From: Pseudodesulfovibrio piezophilus C1TLV30
Lineage (GTDB): Bacteria > Desulfobacterota > Desulfovibrionia > Desulfovibrionales > Desulfovibrionaceae
Length of the DNA: 32,000 nucleotides
Direction: 5' to 3'
Assembly: GCF_000341895.1 (NCBI RefSeq)
Contig: NC_020409.1
Span: 1,980,001-2,012,000 of the forward strand
Under the pieces are notes generated by a model that searched no databases, was not told where the DNA came from, and saw only the letters and a program-made list of their open reading frames with translations. Both the position numbers and the translations under genes were made by a program. Shown here piece by piece: positions 8,441 through 16,384 of this stretch (positions are counted from its first letter, which is position 1; each line of letters opens with the position of its first letter).

Positions 8441-9685
8441 TCATTGAGCTTCTTTCCCCAAGGATTTGATAAAGGAAACAAGGCCTGCCACGGTTTCCTC
8501 ATCCAAATCATCATACGGCGGCATGGAATCCTCATAGCCATCACTCACCCACTTGGAGGGGGCGACAATGGATTGCTGAAGATACATGTCATCAGCGACC
8601 ACGGTTGTACTCTTTCCGAAACGGGACACCTTGATCGTGGCACCGAACAATCCCTTGAAACTCGGGGCGCGTTCGGTTTCCGTGCCGTCGGTGGAGTGGC
8701 ACGACAAACACCCCTCGGCCTCGGCCATTTGCTGTCCTGGATGAGGAGCGACAGTCAGAGGCGCACCGGATTCGTCCTTGCCCAACATGTAGTTGACGAT
8801 CGCCTTGACGTCGTCTTCACTCAAGTCGCCTTCATAGGGCGGCATTTCGTCGCCCCACCCGTCCACCATCTCAACTCCGGGAGTCAGGATGGCCGCGCGC
8901 AGATAATCATAATCTGCCTTGACGGTCTTCTTCGTTCCGTTCGCGAGGACGACAACCCTGTCCTTTCCAGCTATGTCATTGAGAGGCGGAGCAACATCAT
9001 CGGTCCCGTCCATGGCGTGACAATCAAAACACCCGTACTCTTCCATGAGTGACAATCCCCGAGGCTTCCCCTCGGGATCAGCCGGAGAGGAATCAAGCCA
9101 CGCCTGAAAGTCCTCGGCCGTCTGAACATGGAGCAGGGTGATCATGTCGGAGTGTTTCAAACCACAATATTCAGCGCAAAAAATATCATATTCTCCCAAC
9201 GAATCCGATTGAATCCAGGCATCAGTATCCATACCCGGAACCATATCCCACTTCACACGCATGGCAGGGACATAAAAGGAATGGATCACATCCCGTGCCG
9301 AAAGTTCCAGTTTGATCGGAGTATCAATCGGAATATAGAGTTCAGGGCTGGTTTTCCCGTTCTCATAGGTAAACTTCCACGACCACATCCGCCCTTCTGC
9401 TTTGACGACCATCGCCCCTTCCGGGATGGTCCGCATGGCTTTGAAGGAAGTCCACCCAGTCCAGAACAGACCGAGGACAATCACGGTCGGCAACCCCATC
9501 CAGATAATTTCTGCCCAGACATTCCCTTTGATCTGGGCAGCGTCCGGATTTTTCTTGTAATGGTACCGATAAAGAAACCAGAGCATGACCACGGTTACGA
9601 GAATCAGGATGAATACGGCAAAGCCGAGGATGATCAGAAAAGCCCTGTCGACTTCACTCGCAGCGGAAAAGATCTGTGGATACAT
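8441..9685 (-). CDS. coxB: Cytochrome c oxidase subunit II fused to two C-terminal class I cytochrome c domains
   Basis: It has two N-terminal TM helices. The CuA centre is HSFYVP...CAEYCGLKHSDM. Two heme c motifs, CFDCH (aa 219-223) and CLSCH (aa 326-330), are each followed by an MPPY methionine ligand motif. Confidence 0.93.
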   Translation of the reverse strand: MYPQIFSAASEVDRAFLIILGFAVFILILVTVVMLWFLYRYHYKKNPDAAQIKGNVWAEIIWMGLPTVIVLGLFWTGWTSFKAMRTIPEGAMVVKAEGRMWSWKFTYENGKTSPELYIPIDTPIKLELSARDVIHSFYVPAMRVKWDMVPGMDTDAWIQSDSLGEYDIFCAEYCGLKHSDMITLLHVQTAEDFQAWLDSSPADPEGKPRGLSLMEEYGCFDCHAMDGTDDVAPPLNDIAGKDRVVVLANGTKKTVKADYDYLRAAILTPGVEMVDGWGDEMPPYEGDLSEDDVKAIVNYMLGKDESGAPLTVAPHPGQQMAEAEGCLSCHSTDGTETERAPSFKGLFGATIKVSRFGKSTTVVADDMYLQQSIVAPSKWVSDGYEDSMPPYDDLDEETVAGLVSFIKSLGKEAQ

Positions 9686-9688
9686 GCG

Positions 9689-9994
9689 CTACCCCACCGG
9701 CCTGTAGACTGTGTCGAAAAACGTCAATCCTATGAAAATGGCGAGAATGACAAAGCACGCCAGAACCATCAGTTTGAAGGTCAGATTTTCGTACTTGAGA
9801 TGCATGAAAAAAAACGTCACCAGCGCAGCCTTTGTCGTGGCAATGGAAAGGGCCAGGGCCACGTTAAGAAAACCGAGATCGATTTCCGCAGCATAAACCG
9901 TCAATGCCGTGCAGACGAGCAAGGCTCCCCAGACAATGACAAAGAGCGTGTAACCGGGACCATGATGGTCGCTATGTGCACTATCGTTACTCAT
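9689..9994 (-). CDS. Cytochrome c oxidase subunit IV-like small membrane subunit
   Basis: 101 aa with 3 TM helices. It lies between coxIII and coxII with a 3-nt gap to coxII, which is the typical position and size for the bacterial subunit IV family. Confidence 0.75.
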   Translation of the reverse strand: MSNDSAHSDHHGPGYTLFVIVWGALLVCTALTVYAAEIDLGFLNVALALSIATTKAALVTFFFMHLKYENLTFKLMVLACFVILAIFIGLTFFDTVYRPVG

Positions 9995-10010
9995 GTTCGG
10001 CCTCCCCGGC

Positions 10011-10610
10011 TCAGGCTATCAGGTAGTACAACGGAAAGAGATAAATCCAGATAAGATCAACCAAATGCCAGTAAAGCCCACCATTTTCGAGGGCGACAAA
10101 ATGCTCAGGCGTGCATTTTCCCTTCTCTATCAGCCAGTAGACCCACCCAAGCACGGACATACCAATGACGATATGAAGACCGTGCAACCCGGTCATAAGA
10201 TAATAGAGGTTGAAAAAAGCCTGCATACCCGGTTTGAAACTGGCCATTTCCTCACCGCCCGGATAGATGCCGTGATGGATTTTGGCCCCCCATTCAAAGT
10301 ATTTGTCCACGAGAAACACTGCGGCCAGCAGAATGGTGAGAAGAAGGAAAAGCTTGGCCTTCCTGATATCAGCCTTTTGCAGCGCAGTGACAGCAAGCAC
10401 GGCAAATAGACTCGAAGTGATCAGGACAATGGTATTCACAGTGCCCATGGTCAGACTGAGAAGCTTACTGGCCTCATGAAACTCTGCCGGATACCGCTGA
10501 AGCGTCACTGCATAGAGAACAAACAGACCGCCGAAAAGAATCACCTCCGTAAACAGGAAGAGCCACATGCCCATTTTCGCCCCGGTGTAATCACTGGGAT
10601 GCTCACTCAT
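10011..10610 (-). CDS. coxC: Cytochrome c oxidase subunit III (short 5-TM form)
   Basis: 199 aa containing WLFLFTEVILFGGLF and WHLVDLIWIYLFPLYYL. Its start overlaps the coxI stop by 8 nt (ATGAGTGA). Confidence 0.9.
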   Translation of the reverse strand: MSEHPSDYTGAKMGMWLFLFTEVILFGGLFVLYAVTLQRYPAEFHEASKLLSLTMGTVNTIVLITSSLFAVLAVTALQKADIRKAKLFLLLTILLAAVFLVDKYFEWGAKIHHGIYPGGEEMASFKPGMQAFFNLYYLMTGLHGLHIVIGMSVLGWVYWLIEKGKCTPEHFVALENGGLYWHLVDLIWIYLFPLYYLIA

Positions 10611-12234
10611 GGGAGACCTCCTCTTCTATGATAACACCTTCGTAATGATAGGGACCATGGGTGACCACCGGTTCCTCATCAAAGTTGTGCGTAGGCGGCG
10701 GCGAGGGCAGTGTCCACTCGAGCGTGGCCGCACCCCAGGGATTTTTCCCGATAGGCCTCCCATGTTTGCGGCTGTGCCACAGATTCCATATCATCAGGGC
10801 AAGTCCGACAAACGTGATCCATGAGCCATACGTTGAGAGCTGATGCAACGTCGTATACTGCGGCAGGTAGTCATAGTAACGACGGGGCATACCGGCCAAT
10901 CCCAGAAGGTACATCGGGAAGTAGAGCCCATTGATGCCAACCACCAGAATAAGCGCAGCCCATGTGGCCTGTTTCTTATTGTACATACGTCCATAAATCT
11001 TTGGAAACCAGTAGTGCATGCTGGCGAAAAGGCCCATGCCTGTGCCGCCGAACATGACATAGTGGAAATGGCCGACCACGAAATAGGTGTCGTGGACATG
11101 CATGTCTGTTCCGGCACTGCCGAGCACCAGCCCGGTGATCCCCCCCATGGCGAAAAGAAAGATAAAACCCAGCGCGTAGATAAGAGGCGGCTCGGGACGG
11201 ATGGAGCCTTTATACATCGTGGAAAGCCAATTGAAGACCTTGACCGCCGACGGCACTGCAACGACAAACGTCAGGAAGGAAAAGATCATCACGGCCGTAT
11301 CAGACATTCCCGAAACAAACATATGATGCGCCCAGACCAGAGACCCTGCAAAGGCAATGGCCATTGAAGAGCCGAGAATGGTCTTGTAACCAAAGATCGG
11401 TTTGCGGCAAAAGACCGGAATGATGTCCGAGACAACCCCCATGGCGGGCAGAATCATGATGTAAACGGCCGGGTGGGAATAAATCCAAAACAGGTGCTGG
11501 TACAGGATGGGATCGCCTCCCCTCGCGGGATCGAATATCCCCATGCCCAGCAAGCGCTCCACGGCGATGAGCAGCACCGTGATGGAGAGAATGGGCGTTG
11601 CCAACACCTGAATCCATGCCGTGGCGTACAAAGCCCAGGGGAAAAGGGGCAACCGCAACCAGGTCAATCCCGGGGCGCGCATCCGGTGTATGGTGACGAT
11701 GAAATTCAGACCGGTCAGAATGGAAGAAAAGCCGAGGATGAAAACTCCTGCTACGGCCACTGAAACATTCGTGGTGGAAACCGCAGAGAACGGAACATAA
11801 AACGTCCACCCGGTATCTGGCGGGCCGCCTCCTGTGAACAGGGAGATCAGCGCCACGGCTCCGCCAATGATGTACAGCCAGAAAGAGAAGATGTTCAAAC
11901 GCGGGAAAGCCACATCCTCCGCCCCAAGCTGAAGCGGGAGAAAAATGTTGCCAAATGCCGCCGGGATTGACGGGATGACCACAAGAAAAATCATGATCAC
12001 CCCATGGAGGGTAAAAATCCCGTTATATGCTTGTGGTCCCATGATCGTTCGTCCGGGCGTGAATAACTCCAGCCTGATGGCCAGCCCCAGAAAAACCCCG
12101 ATGATGAAGAACAGAAGGATGCACCACAGATAGAGCATGCCGATGCGTTTGTGATCGATGGTAAAGAGCCACTCCATGATCAAGGAGCCGCCCTTGGATG
12201 CAAAGAACCCTTTTTCTACAGCAGCGTCAGCCAT
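10603..12234 (-). CDS. coxA: Cytochrome c oxidase subunit I, type A2 heme-copper oxidase
   Basis: 543 aa. The helix VI motif YSHPAV (nt 11464-11481) is the A2-type signature. CuB and heme ligand motifs WAHHMF and HFHYV are present. Confidence 0.96.
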   Translation of the reverse strand: MADAAVEKGFFASKGGSLIMEWLFTIDHKRIGMLYLWCILLFFIIGVFLGLAIRLELFTPGRTIMGPQAYNGIFTLHGVIMIFLVVIPSIPAAFGNIFLPLQLGAEDVAFPRLNIFSFWLYIIGGAVALISLFTGGGPPDTGWTFYVPFSAVSTTNVSVAVAGVFILGFSSILTGLNFIVTIHRMRAPGLTWLRLPLFPWALYATAWIQVLATPILSITVLLIAVERLLGMGIFDPARGGDPILYQHLFWIYSHPAVYIMILPAMGVVSDIIPVFCRKPIFGYKTILGSSMAIAFAGSLVWAHHMFVSGMSDTAVMIFSFLTFVVAVPSAVKVFNWLSTMYKGSIRPEPPLIYALGFIFLFAMGGITGLVLGSAGTDMHVHDTYFVVGHFHYVMFGGTGMGLFASMHYWFPKIYGRMYNKKQATWAALILVVGINGLYFPMYLLGLAGMPRRYYDYLPQYTTLHQLSTYGSWITFVGLALMIWNLWHSRKHGRPIGKNPWGAATLEWTLPSPPPTHNFDEEPVVTHGPYHYEGVIIEEEVSHE

Positions 12235-13302
12235 TTACTTTGCCTTTTGTTTTCTGTGCTTCCGTCCGGACAGGACGAGGTACAGGATGAAGAAGCCCAC
12301 GAACCCGACAATGGCGAAACCGGAAACACGCAATATGGAAAAGACGTACCGCCGCCCCTGGGGATCATAATTGTAGCAGAACGACAACATGCGCTTGATG
12401 GAAAGTCCGACCTTGCCTGTCGCGGCTTCGGTTCCTGCCATGGTGATATCGAAGGGCAGGAATGACGAACCATAGAGATAGCGGACCACCTTGCCGCCAG
12501 GGGCAATGGCCACGACAGCCACGGGGTGGGCATACAGTCCCCCCTCGCGCTTGACCGTATAGCCGATGGAGTCAAGCCACTTGTCGATTGAGGCTGCATC
12601 CCCGTCGGAAGCGAGAAAGGTCCAATCCTTGGCAGGAAATTTCCCCTGAGCGGCAGCGAGATAGGTCTTTTTGGCCCGAGCCGCATCCATGTGGTTTTCC
12701 CGAGGATCGAAGGTTATGGAGACGACCTGAATTTCCTCTCCGGGCTTCAGTGCCACATCAGGCAGAATCTGGGCGAAGGAGCCTTGGAGAATATTGCAGA
12801 CATCCGGGCATCGATAATAGATGGGGATGAGAATGGTCGGGACGGACTTGGTCAGCTCACGAAGATTGACCGACTCTCCTTTGGAATTGGTGAAATTCAC
12901 ATCAGCAATGATATTGCCAAGCTTTTCCTCGATCCCGACAGAAGCATCCGCCTTTTCCATCATGGCTTCATGGTCATGTTCTTCCATGGCGGCAGCGTCC
13001 ATGTTTTCATGATCCATATGCTGCTCTTCCTTATCAACCTGCCCCGTTGTTTCAGGCGTCATCTCATCGTGGGTCATGCCTTCATGATTCATCTCATCAT
13101 GAGTCATGGCATCATGATTCGGAGTACTCTGATCCATGTTTTTCTCGGCATCTGCGGTCGTAGCCATCTCCTTCATGGCAGCATGTCCGCCTTCGACAGC
13201 TATGTCATGTCCTGACTCCGTGTCCTGTGCAGCCATTCCGGGCGCGACCATGAGGACGACCGCGAAGGCCGTCCCCAGGAGCAATATGCCGAGCCGACGC
13301 AT
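12235..13302 (-). CDS. sco: SCO1/SenC-family copper chaperone with a Met/His-rich N-terminal extension and a C-terminal TM anchor
   Basis: The CxxxC motif CPDVC sits in a thioredoxin-like core. There is an N-terminal signal peptide. Residues 31-116 are rich in Met, His, Asp and Glu (MTHDEMNHEGMTHDEMTPE...). A hydrophobic C-terminal helix is followed by RKHRKQKAK. The stop is adjacent to the coxI ATG. Confidence 0.88.
   Translation of the reverse strand: MRRLGILLLGTAFAVVLMVAPGMAAQDTESGHDIAVEGGHAAMKEMATTADAEKNMDQSTPNHDAMTHDEMNHEGMTHDEMTPETTGQVDKEEQHMDHENMDAAAMEEHDHEAMMEKADASVGIEEKLGNIIADVNFTNSKGESVNLRELTKSVPTILIPIYYRCPDVCNILQGSFAQILPDVALKPGEEIQVVSITFDPRENHMDAARAKKTYLAAAQGKFPAKDWTFLASDGDAASIDKWLDSIGYTVKREGGLYAHPVAVVAIAPGGKVVRYLYGSSFLPFDITMAGTEAATGKVGLSIKRMLSFCYNYDPQGRRYVFSILRVSGFAIVGFVGFFILYLVLSGRKHRKQKAK
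13070..13129 (-). repeat. Imperfect 30-nt tandem duplication (2 copies) inside sco, encoding the (D/E)EM(N/T)H..GMTH copper-ligand-like repeat
   Basis: 13070-13099 reads catctcatcgtgggtcatgccttcatgatt and 13100-13129 reads catctcatcatgagtcatggcatcatgatt, with 26 of 30 positions identical. Confidence 0.7.
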
Positions 13303-13305
13303 GGC

Positions 13306-13614
13306 TTAAAATCCACCTATGACTTCAGCCAATTCAGCGATTTCCTGGTCACTGAATTTACTGGTCAGACGCATCATAATCTTCTTTTTGGCTCCACCGT
13401 AAGTGCCATCCCTGTATCCCATGAGTTTGCCTTTGGCCGCATCGACAGACAATCCCTTGAGCATGGTTCCTCCGGAAGCACCGGAAGCCTTGGACCCGTC
13501 AGCACCATGACACTTGGAACAACGTTTGGCATAAAGATCGGCTCCACCGTCGGCAAAGGCTGCGGTAACGCCGAAAGTCAGACAAATGGAGAGGGCAAAA
13601 ATCAATTGTTTCAC
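13306..13614 (-). CDS. cyf: Cytochrome c553 (monoheme class I cytochrome c)
   Basis: The mature part ADGGADLYAKRCSKCHGADGSKA...GYRDGTYGGAKKKIMM...SDQEIAELAEVI closely parallels D. vulgaris c553. It has a signal peptide. The track start is GTG 13626. The GTG at 13614 (VKQLIFALS...) has GAGG 6 nt upstream and is preferred. Confidence 0.85.
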   Translation of the reverse strand: MKQLIFALSICLTFGVTAAFADGGADLYAKRCSKCHGADGSKASGASGGTMLKGLSVDAAKGKLMGYRDGTYGGAKKKIMMRLTSKFSDQEIAELAEVIGGF

Positions 13615-13739
13615 AGTAAACCTCACGTTTTATTATTGAATAAATGTCATTAAAACACACCGTAGCACTGATAAGTCGTTAAGTTCAACCTCTATGATAA
13701 GATTATACCTCCTTTCCGAGAAGAAAAGGTACGGGGCTT

Positions 13740-14309
13740 CTACTCCCAATCATTGGCATTTTTCCATTTTTCCCACTCTTTCATGGTGAGTTTGCCATCG
13801 TGATCTGCATCGGCCTCACCTATGATGCGTTCAGCATTAAGCGGATAATGATTAATGATTTCGGCACTGACAATCTCCCGATCCCCATCCTTATCTATCT
13901 CCACGAAGCCGGTCGTGAAATGGAGTCGCTCCAGAGTACAAACCTGGACCCGCGGCGAAGCGCTGTGATCCAGATAGGTGATTGTCATGCTTTGTTTGCC
14001 GGTCAGAGCCCCGAACCCATTTTCATTTTCATGTTCGGCGATATAAATCTTCCCGTTCTCATACAACCCCACCAAAGGTTCCCTGACTAACACTTTCCAC
14101 TTGTTGAAATACAGTTTGTAGCCGGTAAACGTGTTCCCATTCTGAACATTGATGACAAGGGCACAGGTGCTCTCCACAACTGTTTCCAGAGTCTGAATCC
14201 GGGTGGAGCCACGCCATGTCCCCCGCAATTCAGGCACTTGTGCGAAGGCTGTCGATCCAGCCAAAACCAGATTCATGACAATGGTCACCGCGAGAAAAAT
14301 ACGTTTCAT
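13740..14309 (-). CDS. Secreted hypothetical protein with two canonical C-terminal EF-hand Ca2+-binding loops
   Basis: The start was chosen at MKRIFLAVTIVMNLVLAGSTAFA (signal peptide). The EF loops DKDGDREIVSAE and DADHDGKLTMKE (nt 13776-13895) fit the DxDxDxxxxxxE pattern. Confidence 0.75.
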   Translation of the reverse strand: MKRIFLAVTIVMNLVLAGSTAFAQVPELRGTWRGSTRIQTLETVVESTCALVINVQNGNTFTGYKLYFNKWKVLVREPLVGLYENGKIYIAEHENENGFGALTGKQSMTITYLDHSASPRVQVCTLERLHFTTGFVEIDKDGDREIVSAEIINHYPLNAERIIGEADADHDGKLTMKEWEKWKNANDWE

Positions 14310-14406
14310 TGTGTCCCCTTCTATAGAGCTACTATTCTCCCGTCTTATCATCATTTTACGGCATGGGGTCAATATGTATGAATTCCTTTTCACGATACCC
14401 GGAGTT

Positions 14407-14901
14407 TTACACTTGAGCCTGTTGACTTTCCGTCAATTCTCGCCGGGCACGCTCTGCCTTCTTCTTGGCCTCCTCCTGATTGCGGATACCGAGTTTGGAA
14501 AATATTTCCAGGACACCACTACTCCCCCCGGTTAGCAGCATCGCCGTGATCACCTTACCCGGAATGGTCGTGCCATATGTTTCCGGCAAATAGTCCATAA
14601 CTGCCAAGAGCTTCTGCATGAAATCAATATCCACCCCGAAGGTGAAACAAAGGGCACCGATCAGCACCAAAGGACGCTTGACCCCCTTACCGTCATAGCG
14701 GGCAAGGAACCAGCGCCAATCGAACAGGACATTATAGGCGACCTCAAAAACAACTGACAAAACAAGAAGATTGCCCAGAACCCTGATCACGCCTTCCGCA
14801 TACCCCCCGGTCGAAGCCGGAGTCTCCGCAGCAACAGCCGCGCTTCCGACAACCAGGACCATGCACAACGAAGCCAGAAAAACACTTGAAATCCGTTTCA
14901 T
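14407..14901 (-). CDS. Hypothetical membrane protein (164 aa)
   Basis: The start was chosen at MKRISSVFLASLCMVLVVGSAAVA (ATG 14899-14901, GGAGG RBS). It has a signal or TM segment, further hydrophobic helices, and a charged C-terminal tail EEAKKKAERARRELTESQQAQV. The track extension to 15228 crosses a terminator and hairpins. Confidence 0.65.
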   Translation of the reverse strand: MKRISSVFLASLCMVLVVGSAAVAAETPASTGGYAEGVIRVLGNLLVLSVVFEVAYNVLFDWRWFLARYDGKGVKRPLVLIGALCFTFGVDIDFMQKLLAVMDYLPETYGTTIPGKVITAMLLTGGSSGVLEIFSKLGIRNQEEAKKKAERARRELTESQQAQV

Positions 14902-14983
14902 ATGTCCTCCCCGTATTTCATGCAGCCGACAATGGGATGCTCTTTTGCCCATACACTGTTCACTCTTTTTCGTAAACAGGAGC

Positions 14984-15009
14984 AAAAAAAAGAGGCTCTC
15001 GACAGCCTC
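14984..15009 (-). terminator. Intrinsic terminator (minus strand) ending the dctP transcript
   Basis: The stem gaggct (14992-14997) pairs with agcctc (15004-15009). The plus-strand A8 at 14984-14991 reads as a T8 tail on the minus strand. Confidence 0.75.
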
Positions 15010-15086
15010 AAGTGAAAGAAGAGGTTTGAATGCCCACACAACAAAGGCAGTTCCCGCTTTATTGATTTTCACGGCAACATGGAGCC

Positions 15087-15158
15087 TGGGCGTGGGAAAA
15101 GGGACCATGAGCCTCACGTTCCGTGTCCGTGACCACCTGATCCCTTTTCCCACGCCCA
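15087..15158. repeat. Perfect 18-bp inverted repeat with a 36-nt spacer (long hairpin)
   Basis: tgggcgtgggaaaaggga (15087-15104) is the exact reverse complement of tcccttttcccacgccca (15141-15158). The spacer contains a small cacg/cgtg hairpin. Confidence 0.85.
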
Positions 15159-15182
15159 CATCGTAATCGAGGGCTTCAAGAC

Positions 15183-15224
15183 ATGATGAGGCGCACAGGG
15201 AATCCCCTCTGCACGCCTCATCAT
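15183..15224. repeat. 11-bp inverted repeat and extended imperfect hairpin immediately 3' of the dctP stop
   Basis: atgatgaggcg (15183-15193) pairs with cgcctcatcat (15214-15224). The 20-nt spacer can pair further (ggg/ccc). Confidence 0.65.
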
Positions 15225-15247
15225 TCATTCGAAATTATTTGAAAAGC

Positions 15248-16384
15248 CTAGCCAGCATCCACATACCTCTCGGCAATGGTATCAAAGTAGGCACGGGAGG
15301 AAACATCAGCCCAGGTTCCCCATTGTTTCTGGAACGCATCGAAACCGGCGGCGACCTTGGTTGCCAGAGGAGACTTGGCAGCTTCCTCGGCCAACACTTC
15401 TCGCGCCATACCACGCAGCTTGACCAGAACCTCGGGGGGGAAACGTTTGAGCTTGACCTTGTGCTTGGTGACCAGTTCTTCCAATGCCGCACCATTGAGC
15501 GCCTCGAACTGACACAGGGTTTCCTGATTCATGGCGGCCGCAGCCATCTTCATGACCATCTGAATATCCTTGGGCAGGGCCATGAACTTGTCCTTGTTGA
15601 ACATGACGTCCAGGCAACTTCCGGCCTCGTGCCATCCTGGGTAATAGTAGTATTTGGCCGCCTGATAGAACCCCATACGCAAATCGTGAAGCGGTCCCAC
15701 CCATTCAGTGGCATCGATGACACCACGCTCCAAAGAAGTAAAGATTTCGCCACCGGCCAACAGGACCACGGTGCCGCCAGCTTTGGCAATGACCTTGCCG
15801 CCCAAACCGGGGATACGCATTTTCAACCCTTTGAAGTCGTCGATGGTATTGATTTCCTTATTGAACCACCCTCCCATCTGCACACCGGTATTCCCCATGG
15901 GACGACCAATCAGATTGAACTGACCATAGACTTCATCCCATAATTCAAGCCCGCCGCCGGAATAGAACCAGGCATTCAACCCCTGCGCATTCAGGCCGAA
16001 GGGAACAGCAGAGAACCACTGACATGCAGGGTCCTTGCCCGCCCAATAATACGCAGACCCGGAACCGCATTCGGCAGTACCGGAAGAAACGGCATCAAAA
16101 ACACCGAGACCGGGGACCAGTTCATTGGCAGCATACACCTGAATCTTCATACGACCGTCGGTCATTTCCTCAACACGCCGGGCATAAAGCTCTGCCCCGG
16201 TCTGCAGAATGGGAAGCTTGGGCGGCCACGTAGTGACCATCTTCCAGGTGATATTTTTTTTGACCTGCGCGGGGGCGACGGCCTGATTAGTGGAGGTCCC
16301 TTCGTCCTGGCAACCGGCCAGCAACGCGGTTCCACCAGCAAGTCCGGCAAGAGCGGCCTTGCTCAGAAAATCACGACGTTTCAT
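15248..16384 (-). CDS. dctP: TRAP transporter substrate-binding protein (DctP-type) with a Tat signal and lipobox
   Basis: 378 aa. The N-terminus MKRRDFLSKAALAGLAGGTALLAGC combines a twin-arginine motif with an LAGC lipobox. The body matches DctP-family SBPs. A GGGAGG RBS is present. Confidence 0.92.
   Translation of the reverse strand: MKRRDFLSKAALAGLAGGTALLAGCQDEGTSTNQAVAPAQVKKNITWKMVTTWPPKLPILQTGAELYARRVEEMTDGRMKIQVYAANELVPGLGVFDAVSSGTAECGSGSAYYWAGKDPACQWFSAVPFGLNAQGLNAWFYSGGGLELWDEVYGQFNLIGRPMGNTGVQMGGWFNKEINTIDDFKGLKMRIPGLGGKVIAKAGGTVVLLAGGEIFTSLERGVIDATEWVGPLHDLRMGFYQAAKYYYYPGWHEAGSCLDVMFNKDKFMALPKDIQMVMKMAAAAMNQETLCQFEALNGAALEELVTKHKVKLKRFPPEVLVKLRGMAREVLAEEAAKSPLATKVAAGFDAFQKQWGTWADVSSRAYFDTIAERYVDAG

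Noticed and set aside
8440-8544. Upstream extension of ctaB overlapping coxII by 104 nt
   Set aside because: The ATG at 8439 sits one nucleotide after the coxII stop. Homologous heme O synthases begin near this point, and the extension is the shadow of the coxII C-terminus.
9128-10054. 308-aa plus-strand ORF across coxII, coxIV and coxIII
   Set aside because: It is antisense to three well-supported cox genes. The His/Pro/Arg-rich translation has no domain signature.
14902-15228. N-terminal 109-aa extension of the 14407-15228 ORF
   Set aside because: The extension runs through a canonical terminator and two long hairpins. The internal start at 14901 has a GGAGG RBS and a signal-peptide-like N-terminus.
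15239-15943. 234-aa plus-strand ORF opposite dctP
   Set aside because: It is a shadow ORF of the DctP-family gene and has no independent evidence.
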